The notes under the pieces are model-generated. The model was not told where the DNA came from. It made no database searches and saw only the letters and a program-made list of their open reading frames with translations. The translations under genes were made by a program, and so were the position numbers. Below are positions 50,184 to 59,640 of a stretch of DNA of 64,000 nucleotides, in pieces (the stretch's first letter is position 1; each line of letters opens with the position of its first letter). The DNA comes from an uncultured Acidobacteriota bacterium (lineage in GTDB: Bacteria > Acidobacteriota > Thermoanaerobaculia > Multivoradales > SZUA-115): assembly GCA_963805975.1 (NCBI GenBank), contig CAWDVR010000005.1, positions 32,001-96,000 on the forward strand. Reading direction: 5' to 3'.

Positions 50184-53100
50184 CTACGGCACCGTCAAGG
50201 TCCAGGCCGAGGTGTTGCCGGTCTCGAAGCCGTCGCTGAATACCGAGTCGAGGCAGGACTGCACGGCCACCTCGTCGATGTACCAGCCTTCGTGGTCGAC
50301 CGAGCTGTCGGTGGCGTGACGGAAGCGCAGGTTCACGGTCTGGCCGGCGAAGGCGGACAGGTCCGCGATCACCTTCGTCCAGTCCTGCGGGTCACCGCAC
50401 CAGACGGTCTGGCTGGCGAGCGGGTTCGAGAAGGTGGTGGAGACCGGCCCGTCGTACGGATCGACCAGGATCTCCGTCTGCAGGCGCGTGTAGTTCACGC
50501 CGTCGGTCGAGATGTCGATCACCGCGGCGTCGAAGCAGCCGGAGGGGGGCTGGTCCTCGATTGTCTGGTGCTGCCAGAAGACCAGGCTGATGGGCTGCCC
50601 GGCAGCCGGCGGCAGAGTGATCGCCGGGCTGTGCGCGCGCTGGTCGGAGACCTCGTCCGGGCTGCTCGCGTGGTACGAGACCGTGCCGGCGTGGGCCCGC
50701 GCGGTGGAGGTGGCCCAGGTGTCGCCCGTGCCGTGGTGCGTCCAGCCCGTGGCACCCGACTCGAAGCTCTCGAAGTAGTGGACGGTGGGCGTGAGACCGA
50801 TCTGGCAGTCGCCCGGCGCCGGGATGGTGGTGAAGGTGAAGGTCGCCGAGTTGGAGCTCGTGCCGCAGGCGTTGGTGGCCCGCACGCGCCAGAAGTAGAC
50901 CGTGTTGGTGTTGAGCGGCGACGCCAGGGTGGCGGAGGTGCCGGCAATGCCGCTCACCGTGGCCACGATGCTCGTGAAGCCGCTGTCGGTCGCCACCTCG
51001 AGCGTGTAGGTGTCGGCCTGCGTGGCGGCCGACCAGGTGAAGTTCGGCGAGGCCGCGACGTTCACGGCGCCGTTCGCCGGCGCAGTGAGGGTGGGAGTGC
51101 CGGGGGTCGCGGTGTAGAGCTCCAGCCCCACGTTCCGGCTCTGGGTGATAGCGCCCGAGACCCCGTCGATCTGCAACGTGTAGGTGCCGGGGGTGCCGGA
51201 GCCGGTGTTGCCGATGGTCAGCGTGCTGGTGCCGGGCGGCGTCACCGGGTTGGTCGAGAAGAGCGTCGTGGTGCCGGCCGGGTTGCCGCTCACCGACAGG
51301 GTCACGGGGTCCGTGAAGCCCAGGATCGAACCGATGGTCAGGTTGTAGACCGCGTTGGTGGGCGCGCAGATCTCGAGCGCCGTGGGGGCCACCTGCAACG
51401 TGAAGGTGGGCTCCTCGACGCAGTTGAAGCAGACGATGGCGAAGTCCTGATCCGTCGCGTCACCGCTTCCCGGCACGCCGTCGCCGGCGATGTTCGCCGC
51501 CGTGACCGTGATCTCGATCGCGCCCGAGGCCCCGGGCTGGACGAAGATCGCCTCGTAGTTGTTCAGGCTGTCCGACAGGCCGCCGCTCACGCTCCACTGG
51601 GAGGAGAAGACGTTGCCGTGGTACGAGGTGCCGGCCACCGTGGCGTCGAGGTTCAGGTTGTTGACCTGCGGGCTGGTGCCGATGGCGCCGGCCTGGTCGG
51701 TGTACACCAGGGCGATCCGCACCGGCTTGGTGTTGTCGGCCACCGCGCCGCTCCAGGTCCAGGTCTCGCCGGTGGCGCCGAAGACCTCGCTCTGGTCGAG
51801 TATGTACTTCGGCGTGTCGTCGAACATCAGGCCCATGTTGGGCATGCCGTAGCCCTGGACGTTCGAGGGCAGGGTGTCGTTGGCCGCGGTGCCCGTCAGA
51901 TAGGTGGGATGGGCAAGCAGGTAGGCCTTGGTCATCGCCGGGCTGGGAGCCGTGCCGAGCCCGTTGACCTGGTCGTTGTCGAGCCACCAGTGGACGAGCG
52001 AGGCGAGGCCGGCCACGGCCGGGGTCGAATGGCTGGTGCCGGAGGAGGCCGCGAACACGGTCTGGGAGCCCGGCCGGAACTGGTCGCAGACCCCGCTGCC
52101 GTTGTAGCTCGCGTTGGTGCTGGCGGTGCCTTGGATGTGGGTGCCGGGGGCGATCACTTCCGGCTTCTTGCGGTTGCCGGGGGCCGGGCCGCGGCTCGAG
52201 AAGCTGATCACGTCCATGACGTTGTTGGCGCCCGTGGGGCCGATGCCGCAGCCGTCGGTCCAGCTTCCGCTCTCGTCGCTCGGGCGGTTGTTCTCGGAGG
52301 CGCCGACGGTGATCATGTTCTTGCCGTTGCCCGGCGAGCCGATGGTGCCCGCCCCGGGGCCGGAGTTGCCGGCCGAGAAGACGATGGTCAACTGCTGGTT
52401 GCCGCCGGCCGTCAGGTCGGCGTCGCGGATGCCGACGTCGTAAGCCTGCGAGGAATCGTCATAGGTTCCGGCGCAGCCCGAGCAGCCCCAGGAGTTGGTG
52501 TTGATGCGGGCGCCGTTCAACCAGATCGAGCGGATCATCCCGGTGTCCGTGCCGCCGCAGGCGCTCTCGTCAAAGCCCGGTCCGAAGACGCGGGTGCCGG
52601 CGATGCGGCCGAACGGGTTGACGCCCATGCCGCGCTGATAGCCGTCGGGATCACGGAACGGGAAGCCGCTCCGGGTGTCGTAGCCGCCCACGATCGAGGT
52701 GTTGATGTGGCCGTGCCCGTCCGGGCCCGCGCCATTGGCGGCGGCGGTGCAGTTGGCGACGTAGGCGAGGCGCGTCGGGTTGCTCGTGCTGCCGCCTTCG
52801 TGGAAGGTCGGGTCCAGGGAGTTGACGAGGCCGTTGCCGATGCCGTCGTCCGTGATGTCGACGATCGGATAGTCCGCCTGCGCGGTGGAGAAGCCGAGGC
52901 CGGTCAGGAACGCGAGGTAGCCCGGGCTGGTCGCGCCGCCGCCGGTGATGGCGCCGGCCATGACCTGGTTCTGCATCTCGTCGTTGAGCTCACGCGGGAG
53001 GCGCTCGCCGATCCAGGAGATGGCGCCGAGCCGGGAGAGCGCCTGGAGGTCGCCGGCGCGGACCTCGGCCACTATGTTCTGGTACTCGAGGATCGCGGTC

Positions 53101-53780
53101 CAGGCGGAGAGGCGGCGCTGCGTCAGCTCGACGATCGCCGCCTCCGTGGTCTGCTGGCCCTGGTGACGGACCATCTGGATGGTCACCGGGATGACCTCGT
53201 CCGGGTTGAAGGTGCGGTCTTTGGTCTCGAAGCGGGCCCGGATCGTCGGGCTGAGCTTGAGGTACGGCGGCAAGGTGGCGCTCCACTGCAGCACGTCGCC
53301 GGCTGCGGCCAGATTGGCGAGCGCCGCCCGGCCCGCGTCGTCGGCCCACACCAGATAGCCCTGGTTGGCCACGTAGTGAATCGGCCGGGCGCCGGTGGCC
53401 CGCACCTCGTCCAGCCACTGGTCCTTGATCGGCCCCACGAACTGGATGATCTGGAGGGCGCCACCGTGCGCCGGCTCGGCCGCGAAGGCGCTCGGCACCG
53501 AGAGGCGATCACGGAGGGGCTCGAAGGTCCGTGCATCGAAGAGGATCCGCTCGTCCAGCACGGAGACCGCGCTCCGCGCCGCGGGCGGCAGCGCCCGCAA
53601 CGAGGTCTCGGGAACGCGGTAGAGCCCGAAGGCGCCGTAGTCGTGCAGCAGCGCGGCGCCCGCGGCCGTCTCCAGGGTCCGCGGCGGAGCGATCACTTTC
53701 ACCGTGCCTGCCGGGGCCGCGGTCGCTGGAGATCCGGCCGCCAGGCACAAGGTGGCGGCAACGAGAACCGATTGTTGCAT
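50184..53780 (-). CDS. Secreted S8 (subtilisin-like) serine peptidase with accessory beta domains (start uncertain, up to 53840)
   Basis: Signal peptide; DITDDG (D), DGHGH (H), SAGNSG, SGTSHSTP (S); C-terminal FSDGFETGNTSAW. Confidence 0.9.
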   Translation of the reverse strand: MQQSVLVAATLCLAAGSPATAAPAGTVKVIAPPRTLETAAGAALLHDYGAFGLYRVPETSLRALPPAARSAVSVLDERILFDARTFEPLRDRLSVPSAFAAEPAHGGALQIIQFVGPIKDQWLDEVRATGARPIHYVANQGYLVWADDAGRAALANLAAAGDVLQWSATLPPYLKLSPTIRARFETKDRTFNPDEVIPVTIQMVRHQGQQTTEAAIVELTQRRLSAWTAILEYQNIVAEVRAGDLQALSRLGAISWIGERLPRELNDEMQNQVMAGAITGGGATSPGYLAFLTGLGFSTAQADYPIVDITDDGIGNGLVNSLDPTFHEGGSTSNPTRLAYVANCTAAANGAGPDGHGHINTSIVGGYDTRSGFPFRDPDGYQRGMGVNPFGRIAGTRVFGPGFDESACGGTDTGMIRSIWLNGARINTNSWGCSGCAGTYDDSSQAYDVGIRDADLTAGGNQQLTIVFSAGNSGPGAGTIGSPGNGKNMITVGASENNRPSDESGSWTDGCGIGPTGANNVMDVISFSSRGPAPGNRKKPEVIAPGTHIQGTASTNASYNGSGVCDQFRPGSQTVFAASSGTSHSTPAVAGLASLVHWWLDNDQVNGLGTAPSPAMTKAYLLAHPTYLTGTAANDTLPSNVQGYGMPNMGLMFDDTPKYILDQSEVFGATGETWTWSGAVADNTKPVRIALVYTDQAGAIGTSPQVNNLNLDATVAGTSYHGNVFSSQWSVSGGLSDSLNNYEAIFVQPGASGAIEITVTAANIAGDGVPGSGDATDQDFAIVCFNCVEEPTFTLQVAPTALEICAPTNAVYNLTIGSILGFTDPVTLSVSGNPAGTTTLFSTNPVTPPGTSTLTIGNTGSGTPGTYTLQIDGVSGAITQSRNVGLELYTATPGTPTLTAPANGAVNVAASPNFTWSAATQADTYTLEVATDSGFTSIVATVSGIAGTSATLASPLNTNTVYFWRVRATNACGTSSNSATFTFTTIPAPGDCQIGLTPTVHYFESFESGATGWTHHGTGDTWATSTARAHAGTVSYHASSPDEVSDQRAHSPAITLPPAAGQPISLVFWQHQTIEDQPPSGCFDAAVIDISTDGVNYTRLQTEILVDPYDGPVSTTFSNPLASQTVWCGDPQDWTKVIADLSAFAGQTVNLRFRHATDSSVDHEGWYIDEVAVQSCLDSVFSDGFETGNTSAWTLTVP

Positions 53781-53927
53781 TCTAAGAATGCATGAACTTC
53801 TGTTTCCGCTTGGCATGGTGCGTACCCCCATTCCCGTCACTGCGGGCGGCCATTTTTACAGATGCAGAAAAGGCTCCCCATCATAGTGGAGTGCTCAGCG
53901 GCCTGGAAGCCCCGGAGCCCGGTCCGC

Positions 53928-53956
53928 TTTACATACCCTCCCGGGCCGCATAGCAT
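53928..53956 (+). promoter_or_regulatory. Sigma70-type promoter for SRP RNA/dnaX
   Basis: TTTACA-17bp-TAGCAT just upstream of SRP RNA. Confidence 0.65.
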
Positions 53957-53964
53957 CGAGCGTC

Positions 53965-54096
53965 GGCAGTGGCAGACGAAGGGTTCGGGTCCTGTGCATC
54001 GGCCGATTCCGAACCTCGTCAGGCCCGGAAGGGAGCAGCGATAAGGTCTCCGGCCGAGTGCCGCAGGGAAGCCGGAACCCTTCGTCCGCTACTGTC
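53965..54096 (+). ncRNA. ffs: Signal recognition particle RNA (small type)
   Basis: TCAGGCCCGGAAGGGAGCAGC domain IV motif in a long hairpin; upstream of dnaX. Confidence 0.9.
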
Positions 54097-54105
54097 CACG
54101 CATCC

Positions 54106-55872
54106 ATGGCCTATCAGGTGCTCGCCCGCAAGTGGCGGCCGCAGGATTTCTCTTCCTTAGTCGGCCAGGCCCCGATCGTCACCGCGCTGACCAACGCGCT
54201 CCGCGAGGGACGGATCGCTCAGGCCTATCTCTTCTCGGGGATTCGTGGGGTCGGCAAGACCTCGACCGCCCGCCTGCTGGCCAAGGCGCTCAACTGCGAG
54301 CAAGGGCCGACCGGAACGCCTTGTAACGAATGTGTCCCCTGCCGCGAGATCACCCGCGGCAGCGACCTCGACGTGCTCGAGGTCGACGCCGCCACCTACT
54401 CCAAGGTCGAGCAGGTCCGCGAGCTCACCGAGAGCCTGCGCTACGGCCCGGCCCGGGACCGCTTCAAGGTGCTGATCCTGGACGAGGTCCACCGCCTGTC
54501 GCGGCAGGCGTTCGACGCGCTGCTCAAGATCGTCGAGGAGCCGCCGCCGCACGTGGTGTTCATCTTCGCCACCACGGAGAGCGAGGCGGTCCCGGCGACC
54601 ATCCTCTCGCGCTGCCAGGAGTTTCGCTTCCGGCGGGTGACGGCCCAAGACCTGACCGCCCACCTGAAGGAGATCGCGCGGTCCGAGTCGATCACTGCCA
54701 GCGACGCGGCGCTGCGCCTGATCGCCCGCGCCGGTGAAGGCAGCGTGCGCGACTCGGTCGCCCTCCTCGACCAGCTCGCCACCTTCGGCTCCGGCACCAT
54801 TCGCGACGACGACGCGGCCCGCCTCGCCGGGGGGCTCGACGCCGCGCTCTTCCTCAGCCTGCTCGAGGGCATCCTGGCGGGCGATGCCGCGGCGGTCTCG
54901 ACCATCGCCGCCCGCGTCGAGGACGAGGGCTGGGACCCGCGCCACGTCTACCCGCAGTTCCTTTCCTTTTGCCGCGATGCCTTGCATCTCGCGACCGGCG
55001 GTGGAGCGGAACGGGTCGACCTGCCGGTCGACGACGCCGCGGCGCTCGCCAAGCTCGGCCGCGGCGCCGGCTACGAGAACCTGCTGCGCCTGCTGCAACT
55101 GCTGCTGGCCTCGGAAGAGTCGGTACGCCGCAGCGAGGCCTCGGCCATCGCGCTCGAGATCGCCTGGCTGCGGGCAGCCGAGCTGCCCAAGCTGATGCGC
55201 GTCGAAGAGCTGCTCGCGGGAGGGGGACTGTCGGGGGCGAGAGCTCCGACAGCGGCGCCTCCCCGGCCGACCGCACCTGCCCGCCCGGCGTCCGCCCCGG
55301 CAGCTTCTGCCCCGGCGCCTCCGCCGCCCGCCCGTGCGCCCTCACCGCCGCCCACGCCGGCGCCGCCCACACCGGTCGAGCCATCTTCCCGCCAACCTGA
55401 GGCCTCCAGGGAGCCCGCGGTCAGCGACCCGAGCGCGAGCGCGCGTCCCGCCGCCGACCCTCTCACCGCGTTCCTGGAAGAGGTGAGGACCCACCGCCAG
55501 CCGCTCGCGGCGCACCTCGAGGCCGCCGAGCGCCTGGCCTTCGAGGGCGGCGAGCTGCTCGTATACTTGCCGGCCGGCAAGGAAGGCGAAGTCTTGAAGC
55601 GCGCTCTCGAGCGGCCCGGCAACCGCTCGGCGCTGGACGAGGCGGTGGTCCGTGTGGGCGGCGCCGAGGCGCGCTGGCGGGCGCTTCCGGGCAGCGGGAC
55701 CGCCGCCTCGCCGCGCCCCGAGGCGCGTCGCGCCGAGACGCCGGATGACGAGGCAGGACAGGCGAAGGCGCTCGCCGAGGTGGGGCAACTGCGCATCCTC
55801 GACGACCTGGAGGATGCCTTCGGTCCCACCAAGGTAACGATCAGGCCCCGCGACGAGGGGCAGGAGGAATAG
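54106..55872 (+). CDS. dnaX: DNA polymerase III subunit gamma/tau
   Basis: MAYQVLARKWRPQ, GIRGVGKTS, DEVH, ILSRC. Confidence 0.96.
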   Translation: MAYQVLARKWRPQDFSSLVGQAPIVTALTNALREGRIAQAYLFSGIRGVGKTSTARLLAKALNCEQGPTGTPCNECVPCREITRGSDLDVLEVDAATYSKVEQVRELTESLRYGPARDRFKVLILDEVHRLSRQAFDALLKIVEEPPPHVVFIFATTESEAVPATILSRCQEFRFRRVTAQDLTAHLKEIARSESITASDAALRLIARAGEGSVRDSVALLDQLATFGSGTIRDDDAARLAGGLDAALFLSLLEGILAGDAAAVSTIAARVEDEGWDPRHVYPQFLSFCRDALHLATGGGAERVDLPVDDAAALAKLGRGAGYENLLRLLQLLLASEESVRRSEASAIALEIAWLRAAELPKLMRVEELLAGGGLSGARAPTAAPPRPTAPARPASAPAASAPAPPPPARAPSPPPTPAPPTPVEPSSRQPEASREPAVSDPSASARPAADPLTAFLEEVRTHRQPLAAHLEAAERLAFEGGELLVYLPAGKEGEVLKRALERPGNRSALDEAVVRVGGAEARWRALPGSGTAASPRPEARRAETPDDEAGQAKALAEVGQLRILDDLEDAFGPTKVTIRPRDEGQEE

Positions 55873-56169
55873 ATGAGCTCGATCCGCCAACTGATGAAGC
55901 AGGCGCAGCAGATGCAGGAAAAGCTGCAACGCGAGCTCGCCGATCTGATCGTCGAGGCCACGGTCGGCGGCGGCATGGTCACGGTGAAGATGAGCGGCCA
56001 CAAGCAGGTGGTGGCGGTGAAGATCGACCCCGAGGTCATGGACCCCAAAGACCCCTCGATGCTCGAGGATCTGATCGTCGCCGCGGTCAACGAGGCCGGC
56101 CGCAAGGTGGAGGAGACCATGCGCGGCCGCGTCGGCTCGCTCGCCTCGGGTCTGCCGATCTCCTTCTGA
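55873..56169 (+). CDS. ybaB: YbaB/EbfC nucleoid-associated protein
   Basis: MKQAQQMQ, GGGMVTV, LEDLIVAAVNEA. Confidence 0.93.
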   Translation: MSSIRQLMKQAQQMQEKLQRELADLIVEATVGGGMVTVKMSGHKQVVAVKIDPEVMDPKDPSMLEDLIVAAVNEAGRKVEETMRGRVGSLASGLPISF

Positions 56170-56182
56170 CCACCCGCCCTCG

Positions 56183-56767
56183 ATGTCCGATCCTCTTGCC
56201 CGGCTGATCGGCGAGCTCGCGCGGCTGCCGGGCATCGGTCCGAAGACGGCCTCGCGCCTCTCCCACCACCTGCTCAAGGTGCCGGCGAACGAGGCGCGCT
56301 CGCTGGCCGAGGCCATCGTCGAGGTCAAAGAAAAGCTCTTCCACTGCTCGCGCTGCAACGCGATCACCGCCATCGATCCCTGCCGCCACTGCCGCGACCC
56401 GGGGCGCCGGCAGGACCAGATCTGCGTCGTCGAGGAGCCCTTCAACATCGAGCCCATCGAGCGCACGGGCGAGTATCATGGGCTCTATCACGTGCTCCTG
56501 GGAGCTCTCTCTCCGCACCGCGGCGTGGGGCCGGACCGTCTGGCGATCGACGGCCTCCTCACCCGGCTCGACGGCGTCCTGGAGGTCATCGTCGCCACCA
56601 ACCCCAATGTCGAGGGCGAAGCCACGGCCCTCTACCTCGCCCGGCTGCTCAAGGCGCGCGGTGTCAGAACCACCCGCCTCGCCTTCGGCATGCCGGTCGG
56701 GGGCGACATCGAGTACACCGACGAGGTCACGCTCGGGCGGTCGCTCGCCGGCCGCCGCGAGATCTAG
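56183..56767 (+). CDS. recR: Recombination mediator RecR
   Basis: LPGIGPKTA, C4 zinc finger, NPNVEGEATALY. Confidence 0.96.
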   Translation: MSDPLARLIGELARLPGIGPKTASRLSHHLLKVPANEARSLAEAIVEVKEKLFHCSRCNAITAIDPCRHCRDPGRRQDQICVVEEPFNIEPIERTGEYHGLYHVLLGALSPHRGVGPDRLAIDGLLTRLDGVLEVIVATNPNVEGEATALYLARLLKARGVRTTRLAFGMPVGGDIEYTDEVTLGRSLAGRREI

Positions 56768-56773
56768 CTGCCG

Positions 56774-58120
56774 ATGCCCGGCCTCGCCGAAACCGCCTCG
56801 CCGGCCAGGCGAGCCACGTTGCGGCGCGGAGACCTGCCGCCGCGCGTAGTCGAGGCGCCCCCCGGCCGCGAGTCGCGTGCGCTCTCCCGCCTCCTGGCGC
56901 AGTACGAAGCTCCGTCCGTGAACACGCTGGCCGGCGAACCGACCATTCTGTGGGCCGAGGCGCGCGGCGCCAACGTGCTCGACGTCGACGGCAACGTCTA
57001 TGTCGACCTGACTTCCGGCTTCGGCGTCGCCTCGGTCGGCCATCGCAACCCGCGGGTAGTCGCGGCCGTGCGGCGGCAGAGCGGCCTGCTGCTGCACGGC
57101 ATGGGGGACGTGGCCGCCCATCCGGCGCGGGTGGAGCTCGCGGCGGCCCTCTGCCGGCTGGCACCGGTGGACGAGCCGCGGGTCTTCTTCGCCGCCTCGG
57201 GCGCCGACGCCGTCGAGGTCGCCCTCAAGACCGCGGTGCTGGCGACCGGGCGGACAGGGATCCTGGCTTTCGATCCCGGATACCACGGCCTGACCCTGGG
57301 AGCGCTCGGCGTCACCTCGCGGGAGGAGTTCCGGCGGCCCTTTGCCGCCCTTCTCGCCGCGCGGGTGGAGCGCCTGCCGTTCGGCTGCCCGCTCGCGACC
57401 CTGGAGCAGGCCTTGCGGCGTTCGACGCCGGCCTGTGTGATCGTCGAGCCGGTGGTGGGGCGTGAGGGGGTCATCCTGCCGCCGGCCGGCTGGCTCTCGG
57501 GCCTGGCCGAGGCCTGCCGCCGGCACGGGGCCCTGCTCGTCGCCGACGAGATCCTGACCGGCTTCGGCCGCACGGGCCGCTGGTTTGCGGTCGACGAGGA
57601 AGGCGTGCGGCCGGACCTCCTGTGCTGCGGCAAGGCGCTCGGCGGCGGGCTGCCGCTCGCCGCGGTGATCGGCCGCCGCGAGCTGATGGACGCCTGGCGG
57701 CGGCGGGGCGAGGCCCTCCACACCTCGACCTTCCTCGCCCACCCCCTGGCCTGCGCCGCGGCCCTCGCCACCCTCCGGTTCATGGTCCGCCAGCGGCTCC
57801 TGGAGCGCCTGCCGCCCCTGGCCGCGGCGCTCGGCGAGCGCCTGGCGGCCTGGAAGCGGGACTTTCCCGGGGTCGCCGCCGTTCGCGGGCGGGGCCTGCT
57901 GTGGGGCGTGGAGCTGAGATCGAGGCGCCTGGCTCAAGACTGGGCGAAGGAGTGCCGGTCCCGCGGAGTGCTGATGCTCGCCGGTGGCCCGCGAGGAAAC
58001 GTGGCCCAGCTCTGCCCGCCGCTGGTGATCACGCGCGCCCAGCTCGCCGCCGCTCTCGCCGTGCTGGAGGACGCCCTCGCGGCCGTCGCACGGCGGCCGC
58101 GGCGAGGAGGGCTGCGATGA
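56774..58120 (+). CDS. Class III PLP aminotransferase
   Basis: DVDGNVYVD, YHGLT, IVEPV, ADEILTGFGRTG, GKALGGG. Confidence 0.9.
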   Translation: MPGLAETASPARRATLRRGDLPPRVVEAPPGRESRALSRLLAQYEAPSVNTLAGEPTILWAEARGANVLDVDGNVYVDLTSGFGVASVGHRNPRVVAAVRRQSGLLLHGMGDVAAHPARVELAAALCRLAPVDEPRVFFAASGADAVEVALKTAVLATGRTGILAFDPGYHGLTLGALGVTSREEFRRPFAALLAARVERLPFGCPLATLEQALRRSTPACVIVEPVVGREGVILPPAGWLSGLAEACRRHGALLVADEILTGFGRTGRWFAVDEEGVRPDLLCCGKALGGGLPLAAVIGRRELMDAWRRRGEALHTSTFLAHPLACAAALATLRFMVRQRLLERLPPLAAALGERLAAWKRDFPGVAAVRGRGLLWGVELRSRRLAQDWAKECRSRGVLMLAGGPRGNVAQLCPPLVITRAQLAAALAVLEDALAAVARRPRRGGLR

Positions 58121-59040
58121 AGACCGCCGGCGCCGCCAGCGCGAGCGGGCTCGGTGTCGTGGTAGTCCACTACGGTGACCCGGCACCGACCCTCGCCTGC
58201 CTGGCCTCGGTGGCCGCCGACCCCTCGCCCGTGGCGCGCACGATGGTGGTGGTCGACAACTCGGCGAACCTTGCTCGCGGCGCGCTGCCGGCCGAGGTCG
58301 CCGTCCTCTCCTGCCCCGACAACCCCGGCTTCGGCGCCGCCGCCAACCGCGGCGCCCGCCTGCTGGCCGAGCGCGGCACGCTCGCCGGCTATGTCCTGCT
58401 GAACGGCGACGTGGAGCTCCTGCCGGGCTTCCTGGCGGCGGCGGCGGCGGCTTTCACCGCGGGGGCGGGGGCGGCGGGCGGGCCGCTCTATCTCGATCAC
58501 GAGGGCGGTGCGCTGTGGTACGCCGGCGGCCGCATCGACCGCTTCACCGGCACCGTGCGCCAGAAGCGCACCACCGAGGAGGCCGTCCGGGCGAAAGAGG
58601 TGACCTTCATCCCGGGCACGGCGATCGCGGTGTCGGCGCCCGCCTGGGAGGCGGCCGGGGGGTTCGATCCCCTCTTCTTCCTCTACAACGAGGACGTGGA
58701 CCTCTGTCTGCGGCTGGTGCGGGCCGGTTTTCGCTTGCGTTTCGAGCCCGGGATGCGCGCCGTCCACCGCGTGGGCGGCGCCACCGGCTCGCGCGGTCGC
58801 TCGGCGCTCTACCTCGAGCACCTCACCCGCACCCGCCTGCTGCCCTATCCTTCGCGCAGCCATCGGCTCTGGCTCGCCCTCCTGCACACCGGCTGGGTGG
58901 GCTGGCGCGCCGGCGCCCTGCTGGTGCGGCGCGGACGCGCCGGCCGGCCCCTCCTGGCTGCCCTGCTGCGCGGCCACCGCGACGCCCTGGCGAGCGTCTG
59001 GAGCCGCCGCCTGCCAGCCAAGGAAGAACCTTCGCGGTGA
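58117..59040 (+). CDS. Family 2 glycosyltransferase
   Basis: VVVDNS, NPGFGAAAN, LLNGD, FFLYNEDVDLC. Confidence 0.88.
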   Translation: MKTAGAASASGLGVVVVHYGDPAPTLACLASVAADPSPVARTMVVVDNSANLARGALPAEVAVLSCPDNPGFGAAANRGARLLAERGTLAGYVLLNGDVELLPGFLAAAAAAFTAGAGAAGGPLYLDHEGGALWYAGGRIDRFTGTVRQKRTTEEAVRAKEVTFIPGTAIAVSAPAWEAAGGFDPLFFLYNEDVDLCLRLVRAGFRLRFEPGMRAVHRVGGATGSRGRSALYLEHLTRTRLLPYPSRSHRLWLALLHTGWVGWRAGALLVRRGRAGRPLLAALLRGHRDALASVWSRRLPAKEEPSR

Positions 59041-59606
59041 GCGTCCCCGAGCCCTTCAAGATCGCCTTCGTGGGCAGCCACGGCGTGGGCAAGACGACGC
59101 TCTGCTACGGGCTCGCGGCGCGGCTCAAGGCGCGCGACCACTCCTGCGAGCTGGTACACGAGATCGCCCGCCGCTGCCCGTTGCCGATCAACCTGGAGAC
59201 CACCGCCGCGGCCCAGGGCTGGATCCTGCACACCCAGGTCGCCGAGGAGCTGGTGGCAGGCGCCCGCTACCGGATCGTGCTCTGCGACCGGAGCGTGCTC
59301 GACAACTACGTCTACCTGCTGCTCGCCTCCGGTGCCGACCCCACGCTCGAGGCCCTGGTGGACGCCTGGGTTCTGACCTACGGCCTGCTGGTCGAGGTGC
59401 CGATCCTCGACCGCCCCTCACCGGACGGCGTGCGCGCCGCCGACCCGGCGTTCCAGCGCGCGGTCGCGGACCGCCTGCGGCGCGAGATCGATCGCCGCTC
59501 TCTCGCCACCCTGCGCCTGGACCCGGCGGACCGCAGCGGCTGGCTCGACCGTGTGGAGAGCGCCGCTCTCGAGCTGCTCGCCCCGCCGCAGCTTTCCCTG
59601 ATCTAG
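59037..59606 (+). CDS. P-loop ATPase/kinase (AAA_28/NadR-like)
   Basis: KIAFVGSHGVGKTT, CDRSVLDNYVY. Confidence 0.8.
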   Translation: MSVPEPFKIAFVGSHGVGKTTLCYGLAARLKARDHSCELVHEIARRCPLPINLETTAAAQGWILHTQVAEELVAGARYRIVLCDRSVLDNYVYLLLASGADPTLEALVDAWVLTYGLLVEVPILDRPSPDGVRAADPAFQRAVADRLRREIDRRSLATLRLDPADRSGWLDRVESAALELLAPPQLSLI

Positions 59607-59640
59607 AATTCCCGGGTTTCTGGTACCCCCGATCCTCGCC

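Noticed and set aside
54106-55872. Programmed frameshift in dnaX (gamma/tau)
   Set aside because: No AAAAAAG slippery site or long A-run seen; the Pro/Ala linker is ordinary.
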